Shown: in pieces, positions 8,557-16,976 of the stretch
Layout: every line of letters begins with the position of its first letter
How positions within the stretch are numbered: the first letter of the stretch is position 1
IMG/VR virus record: IMGVR_UViG_3300022666_000097
Location: 1 to 29,185 of that record
DNA from: a virus
Taxonomy: Duplodnaviria; Caudoviricetes
Direction: 5' to 3' (one strand)
Length of the DNA stretch: 29,185 bases
Translations under genes and position numbers: made by a program
The notes under the pieces: generated by a model
What the model was told of the DNA's origin: nothing
Seen by the model: only the letters and a program-made list of their open reading frames with translations
Database searches by the model: none

Positions 8557-9432
8557 TTATGCCTCCTTCATTAATTGGGCTAACATCGCTTCGATCAAGA
8601 TTTCTTTTATCGCGACCTGGCTCATCCATTGGTATTTATCAGACAAAATACATATAAATGTTTGATATTTTTCTGGCGGCAATCTTTCATAAGCTATGTT
8701 ACTTAAGTCCCGACAGAATTGATCATAATCTGGACATTCATCCAGTAATGTTTGTCTAGCTAATATAAAATTCTTTTCACAAATTAACGAAAATATCTTT
8801 TCTGCCAAATTTATTTCGTCATGGAACTTTGATAATAATACTCCATCTCGATGTTCCTCTATGGAATTGATGGCAGATCTTAAATCACTACCAGTTCTGG
8901 CAACGATCTTATCAAGAGCTTCTTTTTCATATGGTATCTTTTCTTGCACACAAATATATTCCAGTCGATGCAATATATCTTCTCGCGGGATATTTCCGAA
9001 TTTTATTAGGACACATCTAGATTTTAATGGTTCTATTATTTTGTTCAAATAATTACAAGTCAATATAAATCTTGTATTTCTGGAATAAGTCTCCATCGTA
9101 TTGCGAAGGGCCGTCTGAGCATCTCCCGTTAGGTGGTCAGCTTCATCAAGGAATACTATCTTGATATTTCCATCTTTACTGCGATTACTGGCAAATTCTT
9201 TGACTTTATCTCGGACGGTATCAATTCCGCGTTCGCTGGATGCATTCAATGTTAGTACATCACACCCTAATTGTCGGATTATGATCTTGGCCAGGGTTGT
9301 TTTTCCAGTTCCTGCTGTTCCGTGCAACAATAGATGCGGCAACGAATCATCAATTTCTATTTTAGCATCGAATCCCAAAAGATCATCAAGTGTTTTGGGT
9401 CGATATTTTTCGGTAAGTAGTGGCAAATTCAT
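8557..9432 (-). CDS. rfcS: Clamp-loader AAA+ ATPase (RFC small subunit / gp44-like)
   Basis: EKYRP, Walker A GTAGTGKTT, LNASSERGID, Walker B FLDEAD, AQTALR, SRC arginine finger. Confidence 0.95.
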   Translation of the reverse strand: MNLPLLTEKYRPKTLDDLLGFDAKIEIDDSLPHLLLHGTAGTGKTTLAKIIIRQLGCDVLTLNASSERGIDTVRDKVKEFASNRSKDGNIKIVFLDEADHLTGDAQTALRNTMETYSRNTRFILTCNYLNKIIEPLKSRCVLIKFGNIPREDILHRLEYICVQEKIPYEKEALDKIVARTGSDLRSAINSIEEHRDGVLLSKFHDEINLAEKIFSLICEKNFILARQTLLDECPDYDQFCRDLSNIAYERLPPEKYQTFICILSDKYQWMSQVAIKEILIEAMLAQLMKEA

Positions 9433-9459
9433 CTCTCCCAAAAAATTAAAAACTTGGAT

Positions 9460-10179
9460 TTATTCTTCTTCGGACTCTGCTTCCGTATCTATGATCGGAG
9501 ATATCATCCATTTGATTGTGCTGTCAGGATCCCGGCTAGTAATCAATATCGGATAATTATCATTAAAAGCAACATTTAATTTACCTGACATGACCGTTAT
9601 AAATTCCAAAAATGTTGATCCAAACCGGGCAACGACATTCTTGTAATCGACTGCAGTCTTTGCCGTCAATTGGTTAAAGTTGTCTTCGCCTGTCGTTATG
9701 TAGAGAATATTGTCCTTGACTTCGGCAATCACACCGACCTTCCCGGTGCCCAAAATCTGGGTATTCTTTTTGACAGCTGCCCAAATTCTAGAATCAAGTT
9801 CGAAACCACCATCATGACCTAGTGTTGGCAATTCTGGTAGATCGCATTCTAAATATGCTTCGTCCGGCATGATGAGTTTGCCTTCATTGCCCTCGGAACT
9901 CAAAATAAAGACATTATCTCGCTTTGATAATTCTACATTTCCATTCATGTTATTTAGGACACTTATGAGAGTAGTCATGTTCTTGATTGGAATATTCATC
10001 TGGCTGTAATCTATAAAATTTGTTGCCTTCAGGATACCAGTAACTGCGCCCGCATTTGTAACATCCTTCACGGTTAATGTCAATCCATCGGGACCGAATT
10101 TCAGAATGCCATCTGATATATTTCCATTTATCGTTACCTTTTTTATAAAGTCACTTAATGTCTTGCTATTTATTTTCAA
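9460..10179 (-). CDS. DNA sliding clamp (PCNA/gp45-like)
   Basis: 239 aa directly upstream of the clamp loader; LKFGPDGLTLTVKD N-terminal pattern and YPILI..WMISP C-terminal pattern; TTG start after AGGAG. Confidence 0.82.
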   Translation of the reverse strand: MKINSKTLSDFIKKVTINGNISDGILKFGPDGLTLTVKDVTNAGAVTGILKATNFIDYSQMNIPIKNMTTLISVLNNMNGNVELSKRDNVFILSSEGNEGKLIMPDEAYLECDLPELPTLGHDGGFELDSRIWAAVKKNTQILGTGKVGVIAEVKDNILYITTGEDNFNQLTAKTAVDYKNVVARFGSTFLEFITVMSGKLNVAFNDNYPILITSRDPDSTIKWMISPIIDTEAESEEE

Positions 10180-10239
10180 TTATTATACTCTCCTAATATT
10201 TTTTTCTATTGCTTTATGAATCTAAAAAAGGAATGACTA

Positions 10240-10256
10240 GTATTTAAAGATTATGG
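10240..10256 (-). promoter_or_regulatory. Archaeal BRE/TATA promoter of the clamp operon
   Basis: CCATAATCTTTAAATAC on minus. Confidence 0.6.
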
Positions 10257-10616
10257 TCAAGTCCGATTTTTATATTTCACATAAATTGCTCGACATCCTG
10301 ACCAATCAGATACTTTACCTGCTACATCTATTGTTCGGGTCCTGATCCAGAAGGTTCCTGCCGATTTCCAAGTATGCGTTTCGGAAATTACTTTGTCAGA
10401 TGGTTTAAAATCCGTTATGGTTCTGGTTCCGTCGTTCCAATCAAATTCATAACGGAATTGATCGCCTTCGAAATCTACAGCTTGGGTCCAATATCTATAC
10501 GGTTCACCAACTATGCAATCAATAGTTCCACGTGGTATGGCTGGTATCGGAGTGTAATTGATTCCTGATGCTACAGACATTATACCAATTACTATGATTG
10601 ACAGAAATATTCTCAT
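10257..10616 (-). CDS. Secreted single PKD/Ig-like domain protein
   Basis: Hydrophobic signal peptide; D.EGDQFRYEFDWNDGT, THTWKSAGTF, SDWS. Confidence 0.8.
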   Translation of the reverse strand: MRIFLSIIVIGIMSVASGINYTPIPAIPRGTIDCIVGEPYRYWTQAVDFEGDQFRYEFDWNDGTRTITDFKPSDKVISETHTWKSAGTFWIRTRTIDVAGKVSDWSGCRAIYVKYKNRT

Positions 10617-10639
10617 AGATGCTATTATGGCCGTTCTTA

Positions 10640-10655
10640 GTATTTAAAAGTTTTT
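10640..10655 (-). promoter_or_regulatory. Archaeal BRE/TATA promoter (probably leaderless)
   Basis: AAAAACTTTTAAATAC ends about 23 nt before ATG 10616. Confidence 0.6.
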
Positions 10656-10697
10656 AATTCCATGTATATTATTAAATCCTTTAGTATGAAAAAGAAT

Positions 10698-11084
10698 TTA
10701 AGATAAGATACTAATTGTTCCGGATAGTACCTTATCAATTACCACATACTCGGGTGCCATGATGCACATTAAATATTGATGAAATAGTATATCAAATACG
10801 AAAGCACTCGACAATCCCATGAAAATAACTGCTATTATAGACCATATAGCTGCTCCTTCTCTTCCCATACCAGATCTATCGGGTTGATAATTTTTATACC
10901 ACTTCCAACAATATTTAGCAGTGATCACAGCCATTATGATCCCAAACAGCATTGCTATCATTCCAGCAATTCCGTCGACTACCGTACCTTTTACAGCAAT
11001 TTCATAACTGTACGAGGTTACATTTTTGGTACCATTTACTACTGAACCTATCATCTCGGGTGTCAAATCCATACTATTCCTCAT
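10698..11084 (-). CDS. Membrane protein with two predicted TM helices
   Basis: Two hydrophobic stretches (GIAGMIAMLFGIIMAVITA; AIWSIIAVIFMGLSSAFVF); start overlaps the queE stop. Confidence 0.7.
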   Translation of the reverse strand: MRNSMDLTPEMIGSVVNGTKNVTSYSYEIAVKGTVVDGIAGMIAMLFGIIMAVITAKYCWKWYKNYQPDRSGMGREGAAIWSIIAVIFMGLSSAFVFDILFHQYLMCIMAPEYVVIDKVLSGTISILS

Positions 11085-11740
11085 TACTTTCCTTTGTTTC
11101 TAATATGAAGACGATCACAATAATTCGTTCCCAATCGCATCGCGATCTTCCAGGTCATCGGTCCACTAATATCAAGTTGGTGTCGTTCTGCGCCTCCCGG
11201 CATCAGCCAAATTTTGTTTGCAGGAAGTTCATACAATTCGATACATTCTTTTATTTCGCTCTGGAGATACATCCAAGGTTGGGTTCCTATCACAAACTTG
11301 AAATGAACATTATCAAGATCTTTCCAATTACTGAAATAATCCCGGCGATCCTGTGGAGATGGTATCGAATCCTTCTTAGGACTGATCACCAAATATCGGA
11401 ACATTTCCAAGTATTCGGAATCATTATTCTTTATGAGTCCATTCGTTTCAATATCAATATATCTAGTATTGATACAGGTCATGACTTCTTTCCAGTCATG
11501 AAGAAAAGGTTCTCCTCCGGTAATTACCACCCGGCAATTATCATTCTGTCGTGAAAGCATTTCATTTATGCGAAAGATTAATCTGTCATTGGTCATCATT
11601 TCATGCCGACTATGATTGGTGTCACAATTACTGCAATGCAAATTACAGCCAGAACTCCTAACAAATATGACTGGTTGTCCCATAGCAGGACCTTCTCCCT
11701 GTATGGAATAGAATATTTCGTTTATCGGAATTTCAGACAT
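11084..11740 (-). CDS. queE: 7-carboxy-7-deazaguanine synthase QueE (radical SAM)
   Basis: EIFYSIQGEG, CNLHCSNCD, ITGGEP, IETNG, SPK, RLH. Start at 11740 (or 11746); the longer ORF crosses its own promoter. Confidence 0.93.
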   Translation of the reverse strand: MSEIPINEIFYSIQGEGPAMGQPVIFVRSSGCNLHCSNCDTNHSRHEMMTNDRLIFRINEMLSRQNDNCRVVITGGEPFLHDWKEVMTCINTRYIDIETNGLIKNNDSEYLEMFRYLVISPKKDSIPSPQDRRDYFSNWKDLDNVHFKFVIGTQPWMYLQSEIKECIELYELPANKIWLMPGGAERHQLDISGPMTWKIAMRLGTNYCDRLHIRNKGK

Positions 11741-11759
11741 AATCATTGATTTGAATTCG

Positions 11760-11794
11760 GTATATATAAAGCTTTTGTAGAAACAAATATATAC
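11760..11794. promoter_or_regulatory. Divergent archaeal promoters (queE on minus, small-ORF cluster on plus)
   Basis: AAAAGCTTTATATATAC on minus (11760-11776) and GAAACAAATATATAC on plus (11780-11794), each about 20-23 nt from an ATG. Confidence 0.55.
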
Positions 11795-11816
11795 CATGGA
11801 AGTCCTATGATAGACC

Positions 11817-11945
11817 ATGAAACCAAAAATGAAGCCAAAGAAAACATGCAAATTTTGCGGCCATCCTATAAAATCGCCATATGGCAGACAAGGAAATCTG
11901 TGTTCCAAAAGATGTCATGATGCTATAAGAAGAGAAGAAATGTAA
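11817..11945 (+). CDS. 42-aa Zn-finger microprotein (CxxC..CxxxC)
   Basis: Not in track: MKPKMKPKKTCKFCGHPIKSPYGRQGNLCSKRCHDAIRREEM. Confidence 0.6.
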   Translation: MKPKMKPKKTCKFCGHPIKSPYGRQGNLCSKRCHDAIRREEM

Positions 11946-12014
11946 CTGGATTCACCAAGAATTGCCAGCATCATATATGATGAAGAAGATGCATGAAAAC
12001 CATGGTGCGATGAT

Positions 12015-12215
12015 ATGAAACTTAAACACCATACAAGATTTTTATTTCAAAGAATATTATCATTTGAATATAATGGATATAATATTTCTATCGGGATTTC
12101 TCCCCTTCGCGGAATGAAAACCGGTCACTATGGATCCAAACATCCTAATTTCTTGGGCGGACAATGTTGGAACAGAAAATTTCATATACTATGGATATGT
12201 AAATACCGGATATGA
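12015..12215 (+). CDS. Small basic hypothetical protein
   Basis: GGTG RBS; fills the plus-strand gap; T-tract near 12304 downstream. Confidence 0.45.
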   Translation: MKLKHHTRFLFQRILSFEYNGYNISIGISPLRGMKTGHYGSKHPNFLGGQCWNRKFHILWICKYRI

Positions 12216-12310
12216 GAAAAAATATAGTACCGGGAATTCCAACCGCACCGACTCCGATCATCCCGATTCCACATATTCCGTTCCCAAAAGGAAAATAATT
12301 CCGTTTTTTT

Positions 12311-12925
12311 TTAAAATTCAATATAATCATTCAAAAATTCTTCATATCCTGTTTTCAATTCAGATGCAGTAAAGTATTTCAAGATAGCTTTCTGATCGGG
12401 ATTTCTGTCCAAGAAACTATCTAAATATACAAATGCTACTTGCGGTCTTTCTCTTAATGCATGCCAATATGCACCGGCTTGTTTGATATGCGTATCATAA
12501 GGAACTCCTGTCTTGATATCGATAAGAGTAAGGTCACCGTCTATCCGGCATAACAAATCAAGACGACCGGCATATCTAGGTTCATGGCAAAATAATGCCG
12601 TTTCTACGCATATCGGACTTATATTTAGATCGAGTTGTTCCCACATATCAAGACATCGCCTGATTCGTTCTATTACTTCATCCCGTTTGACTCCATATAT
12701 ACCGTCCCGGGGCAATGGAATCAATTCCCGGGAATACCTCCTTAGAATGTGATAATGAACCAGAGTTCCTATGGACATTGATGGAGTTGTTCTAATAGGC
12801 TTTCCTTCATTCTTCTTTTTTCCGATGATTGTAGTCACCGAAGGATACTTATCATCGCCCAGGCAATAGAATCTGCCTTGTTTTGATTCATCGACTGTAA
12901 ATCTGGAATTGTTCTTTATTATCAT
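12311..12925 (-). CDS. PD-(D/E)XK nuclease (RecB/Cas4-like viral exonuclease)
   Basis: YPSVTTI, GTLVH, VE, YAGRLD, IDIKT, Q..AY. Confidence 0.88.
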   Translation of the reverse strand: MIIKNNSRFTVDESKQGRFYCLGDDKYPSVTTIIGKKKNEGKPIRTTPSMSIGTLVHYHILRRYSRELIPLPRDGIYGVKRDEVIERIRRCLDMWEQLDLNISPICVETALFCHEPRYAGRLDLLCRIDGDLTLIDIKTGVPYDTHIKQAGAYWHALRERPQVAFVYLDSFLDRNPDQKAILKYFTASELKTGYEEFLNDYIEF

Positions 12926-13080
12926 ACCATCACCGTATATTGATCACGTATTGCATCTTCTATTTGTTTTTGACAATCTTCGCAAAGATCAACATAAAAA
13001 GATCCATTTCGGACTTGAACTAGATGACATATTCCCCGTCCGCATCTATTACAATAAATTGGGATATCAATTTCGACCAT
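12922..13080 (-). CDS. Small Zn-finger protein
   Basis: CNRC..CEDC; ATG 13080 after AGGAG; ATGA overlap with the nuclease. Confidence 0.6.
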   Translation of the reverse strand: MVEIDIPIYCNRCGRGICHLVQVRNGSFYVDLCEDCQKQIEDAIRDQYTVMV

Positions 13081-13165
13081 ATTACCAATCTCCTTCCATG
13101 TACATATATGATGGATCAAGCATAATAAAAAATTTCTGCAATCCCAAACATATCAATGCACCAAA

Positions 13166-13438
13166 TTAAATTATTCCCGGATACCAGTTATTAAGTACTC
13201 CTCGGACATTACTGATTTCATAATAAATGAACAATAATGAATAAGGAACGTTCCTAATGATTATAAATTCATATAACATGACTCCATTTGAAAAAATCCA
13301 AGCAAAAAATCCCAACCCACGCCACCAAGCATCCAAACTAGGAGCATAGGTAGCTCCTATAATTGCCAATATCATGACAAGATACTGTACAAGATGTTGT
13401 TTGATATCAGTAAATGCAGCATTTATTCTTTTCCGCAT
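13166..13438 (-). CDS. Small membrane protein (about 3 TM)
   Basis: Three hydrophobic segments; the GFFAWIFSN pattern loosely recalls PnuC/PQ-loop half-transporters (unverified). Confidence 0.6.
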   Translation of the reverse strand: MRKRINAAFTDIKQHLVQYLVMILAIIGATYAPSLDAWWRGLGFFAWIFSNGVMLYEFIIIRNVPYSLLFIYYEISNVRGVLNNWYPGII

Positions 13439-13551
13439 ATGATTACCTTTTCTTTAGAATCATGGTGAATTTCATCCAATACCTTCTTTTCCCAATTCGA
13501 ACCAGTTCCGCAAAACATACAAACAGTATTAGCTGTTTCCAAAATAATCAT
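13423..13551 (-). CDS. 42-aa Cys-containing microprotein
   Basis: Not in track: MIILETANTVCMFCG..ICGKE; ATGA overlap with the upstream ORF. Confidence 0.4.
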   Translation of the reverse strand: MIILETANTVCMFCGTGSNWEKKVLDEIHHDSKEKVIICGKE

Positions 13552-13694
13552 CTCCCGAATTCGAACAAATTAGATTCACCACTATCCATGAACGTCATAC
13601 ATATGGGACCATATCCACGGCGTCTGCTATCGATATCATGCAGCAATCGACCACATCTCCTGCACCTGATATGCAAAAAATTATTGGTTTCCAT
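13548..13694 (-). CDS. 48-aa DUF6011-like Zn-finger protein
   Basis: Not in track: METNNFLHIRCRRCGRLLHDIDSRRRGYGPICMTFMDSGESNLFEFGR; same CxxCGR.L...S..RG.GPIC motif as 28798..29130. Confidence 0.75.
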   Translation of the reverse strand: METNNFLHIRCRRCGRLLHDIDSRRRGYGPICMTFMDSGESNLFEFGR

Positions 13695-14172
13695 ATTGTT
13701 CTATTACCCATTTAAGACCGGGAGCCCCATATATTCGAACTTTCGGATTCGGAACTACCATATTATAGTTTCTGTTGACTAACGCAATCTGATCATATGA
13801 CTTGAATAGGGGGTAATCTTCGACCAGTATATCTCCCTTTTGTAAAAATTTGAGTTTTTCATCAGGTCCACTAGTATATACTACTTGATATGGAATCTTC
13901 AATTTCTTTTCCAGCCACCTTTCGGTATACGGAATCCATGAATCTAATTGATTGGTCAATATAAAAATACTGTCCAGACTTGTATTTACAACATGCAACA
14001 TATCTTCATATGCCGGCAATCTTTCACATACTGATGGATCTTCATTTACAATCTGGATAACTGACTTGCCGTTCTTTTTGGCATCCCATTTGAAGGGTTC
14101 ATGACCTAATACTGATGTTCCTAATACTCGGAAAACTCCATCTAAGTCAAAATATAACACATTGATCACCAC
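13681..14172 (-). CDS. HAD-family 5'(3')-deoxyribonucleotidase-like protein
   Basis: FDLDGV motif I, ILT motif II, K..ILVED motifs III/IV. Confidence 0.75.
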   Translation of the reverse strand: MVINVLYFDLDGVFRVLGTSVLGHEPFKWDAKKNGKSVIQIVNEDPSVCERLPAYEDMLHVVNTSLDSIFILTNQLDSWIPYTERWLEKKLKIPYQVVYTSGPDEKLKFLQKGDILVEDYPLFKSYDQIALVNRNYNMVVPNPKVRIYGAPGLKWVIEQYGNQ

Positions 14173-14191
14173 ACTATTATTATCTTTATTA

Positions 14192-14377
14192 TCATTGTAC
14201 TATCCATGGCATCAATTTTTTGGTTAATTTTTCTTTTTCTTCTTCGGTGATTTCACTGGATATGGAAAACATTCCACCACATTTCGTGCATCTACTATGT
14301 CCGACCATTCTATTGTATTTCCAAATAGTATTTTCGCCGCATGCCAAACAAAATCTTGTCGATTCTGGTGGTGTCAT
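14192..14377 (-). CDS. Zn-ribbon protein
   Basis: CLACG..CTKCG; AGGAGG RBS. Confidence 0.7.
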   Translation of the reverse strand: MTPPESTRFCLACGENTIWKYNRMVGHSRCTKCGGMFSISSEITEEEKEKLTKKLMPWIVQ

Positions 14378-14437
14378 TCATTACATTCCTCCTGTTTCAG
14401 TGATCGAATTTTTCATAATTTTCAGTATCAATAAAAA

Positions 14438-14454
14438 GTATATAAATCTAATGG
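14438..14454 (-). promoter_or_regulatory. Archaeal BRE/TATA promoter
   Basis: CCATTAGATTTATATAC on minus in the intergenic gap. Confidence 0.5.
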
Positions 14455-14464
14455 TCACATCATA

Positions 14465-15382
14465 TCAATAATCATTCTTGGTTATTCCTCCGTATTGGTA
14501 TGCATATCGAAATTCCGGAACCAAATTAACTGGTCTTCCATCTAACATATTATATTTTAGTATAAGACCGCAAATATCAGAACTTCCATATGAATCTAAT
14601 ATATACTGGTCCGGTGATTGAAAACACCCTACTCCGATTATCGTGGAATTCATAAATGATTTTATTACTTTGACATTATGACAGTGACCACCTAGGAAAA
14701 TATGACCAAATTGTCCTTCACTCATTAGTTTAAGGACGCGATTTTTCATCCGCTTGGTTCTGTTTTCACCAGGGGCTGCACACGATCCGGCACAATGATT
14801 TGCTGCCAATATAATATTTCCAGGTCCAATAATAGGAGTACCTCTTTTAACATAAGTAAGATCAGATCTTAATTCTTCTAATCGGTGGCAAAAATCATAA
14901 TCGACGCCCTCTAATTTGACCAAAGAAACATCATGGTTTCCCTTAGTAAAATAATTATGATCAAATCCATCTGGATAATTCCTAATAACATAGTCTTCTA
15001 TTTCTGAAGTGTCATTCAGAAACCGTTTTTTATCATGATCTTTATATGTCATTATTCCGTCTATGATATCTCCGCAATGTATCAGAGTCTTTATATCCCG
15101 ATCTTTGCAGTCACCAATAAATGCATCAAAGATAGATTTCTGTTGGTAAATACTTCCCCAGTGAGTGTCCGAAACTACAGCGATTTCATAATACGGAAGA
15201 TCGAAATCATTTGATACTGTTCGGGTGGTCTTCGGACTAGGAAGACCACATTCATACCACTTTTTGGACCAAGCATCCCGGGAAACCCCCATTAACTTTG
15301 CAGAATCCTTGAAATTCAAACACCGGGAATATATTTCCAAGAGATCGAATTGGTCGCATTCATCAAATGGTTTATAAGTCAT
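14465..15382 (-). CDS. Calcineurin-like metallophosphoesterase with N-terminal HTH-like segment
   Basis: SDTH, GDIIDG, GNHD, H, GHCH; N-terminal SAKLMGVSRDAWSK. Confidence 0.88.
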   Translation of the reverse strand: MTYKPFDECDQFDLLEIYSRCLNFKDSAKLMGVSRDAWSKKWYECGLPSPKTTRTVSNDFDLPYYEIAVVSDTHWGSIYQQKSIFDAFIGDCKDRDIKTLIHCGDIIDGIMTYKDHDKKRFLNDTSEIEDYVIRNYPDGFDHNYFTKGNHDVSLVKLEGVDYDFCHRLEELRSDLTYVKRGTPIIGPGNIILAANHCAGSCAAPGENRTKRMKNRVLKLMSEGQFGHIFLGGHCHNVKVIKSFMNSTIIGVGCFQSPDQYILDSYGSSDICGLILKYNMLDGRPVNLVPEFRYAYQYGGITKNDY

Positions 15383-15388
15383 GGTATT

Positions 15389-15895
15389 TTATTCGGCAAC
15401 ATCTACTATTTCTGGCTTTTCTAATAAATATGGAAATTCTACTGGTGTTCGACTATTCACATTAGTATAGCAACATCCATTTTTGTCTCTAAATACACGA
15501 CCTTCAATATTATAACATTCGTAACTTCCGTCAGGCATCAATTCCTTAAAGATTTGACTGCATCGATTATTTTGCCAACATGTATCACTGATTTGGTTCC
15601 ATTCATCGTTTGTGCCTCTTAATGGACGAAGCGGTTCATACTTTGCCAATGTGCTAAATAAGTCTATACAGAACGGAGCCGATAATCCCGAATGTCCTTG
15701 TGTTGCAAAAACTTTTACCAATTCGAGTACATGATTCGCCATCATTTTATTCATTTCATCGCCATCAAAGTAACCAGCAAATTCTAGTTCTCGGTTGGCA
15801 TGTTTATATAATGATGATTCTTTGGGATCATGATATTCTTCTTTTGGAACATATTCATAATTATCATCGGTGTATGTTAATTCTTCTTGTATCAT
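15389..15895 (-). CDS. Hypothetical protein of viral type
   Basis: Clean ORF in operon; the F..QGHSG.SA and WQN.RCS..FK pattern resembles uncharacterised phage proteins. Confidence 0.75.
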   Translation of the reverse strand: MIQEELTYTDDNYEYVPKEEYHDPKESSLYKHANRELEFAGYFDGDEMNKMMANHVLELVKVFATQGHSGLSAPFCIDLFSTLAKYEPLRPLRGTNDEWNQISDTCWQNNRCSQIFKELMPDGSYECYNIEGRVFRDKNGCCYTNVNSRTPVEFPYLLEKPEIVDVAE

Positions 15896-15900
15896 TATAA

Positions 15901-16137
15901 TTACTCCGATATTTTATTTTCTGCATAAAATTCTTCTTTTGGTATGGTTTTCATCCAAACAAATCTAACTTCCCGAACAACCTTTCCTAGTTCATGAATC
16001 GCAGAACATCCAGTTGGTTTGCATCCAATCAGTACATGATCATTGACAAATATAGTAAAGTTAGTTTTGCGAACATTATCACCATTATTCATGACATCGA
16101 ATACTTTTATCATTTTTTTGAAATCAGATTCATCCAT
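15901..16137 (-). CDS. Hypothetical protein (start uncertain; track uses TTG 16203)
   Basis: ORF in operon; ATG 16137 avoids overlap with 16158..16304. Confidence 0.5.
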   Translation of the reverse strand: MDESDFKKMIKVFDVMNNGDNVRKTNFTIFVNDHVLIGCKPTGCSAIHELGKVVREVRFVWMKTIPKEEFYAENKISE

Positions 16138-16157
16138 GATGAATTTGCCTTTGTGAT

Positions 16158-16304
16158 CTATAATTCCGGGTACACTAAAGATTCGTTGCGAAGTTCCGGC
16201 CAATGATTAGTATCTTTAATGCCACCGATTATTGTGATACTTGTATCATTATCGTCTATATTAAATGAATATTTTCCATACAAGTAATTCAAATTGACTA
16301 TCAT
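16158..16304 (-). CDS. 48-aa hypothetical protein
   Basis: Not in track; GGGTGA RBS then MIVNLNYLYGKYSFNIDD..YPEL. Confidence 0.4.
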   Translation of the reverse strand: MIVNLNYLYGKYSFNIDDNDTSITIIGGIKDTNHWPELRNESLVYPEL

Positions 16305-16385
16305 AATTTCAAATCACCCTATTTAATATTAGTATTTCTATATCCAATCCAATAAAACTCAACGAATCGCCATATTCCATAAAAG

Positions 16386-16976
16386 TCACCTGGATGGAAT
16401 TACATCTTTGATACCATTCTGATCAGTAACTACATTAACCAAAGATCCTACTGGATAACCTTCGGACTGCAACTTTTTGGAACTTCCATTCTTTTCTATC
16501 AAGGTATAAGCACCTTTACAATCAATATCATTATTTCGGAGTGTATCAAATATTGCTCGCAAAGTTCCGCCGGTGCTTACAACATCATCAACTATTATTA
16601 CTGTATCTCCTGATTTTAGACCATTTATATACATTACGTTCTTGGAATATCCCGTTTGTTGATTTAATTCAAGTTCACCCGGCAACCCATACTTGCGCTT
16701 TCTGATTACTAACCATGGTACATCAGTAATGTATGATAACATGGTAGCTATAGGAAGTCCCATTGCTTCCGGTGCTAAAATATAATCACACCACTTGAAC
16801 ATATCGGGATCGATGCCGTACATCATTTCTGTACAAACATCCTTCAGGAACAGGGAATCAATAGGAAGCACTCCATCTGACAGGGAATAACAAAAATAAG
16901 GATAATCTCCCTTCCAGACGATGGGAGATCCCTTAATCGAATCAATCAATCTATTTATGGTTTGCATAAAAGTCAC
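16386..16976 (-). CDS. hpt: Archaeal-type purine (hypoxanthine/guanine) phosphoribosyltransferase
   Basis: YPYF..SDG, EAMGLP, RKRKYGLPGE, TGYSK, PRPP loop IVDDVVSTGGT. Confidence 0.88.
   Translation of the reverse strand: MTFMQTINRLIDSIKGSPIVWKGDYPYFCYSLSDGVLPIDSLFLKDVCTEMMYGIDPDMFKWCDYILAPEAMGLPIATMLSYITDVPWLVIRKRKYGLPGELELNQQTGYSKNVMYINGLKSGDTVIIVDDVVSTGGTLRAIFDTLRNNDIDCKGAYTLIEKNGSSKKLQSEGYPVGSLVNVVTDQNGIKDVIPSR

Noticed and set aside
11741-11908. 56-aa N-terminal extension of QueE in the ORF track
   Set aside because: It spans the queE TATA box and an opposite-strand Zn-finger ORF; QueE motifs begin at MSEIPINEIF.
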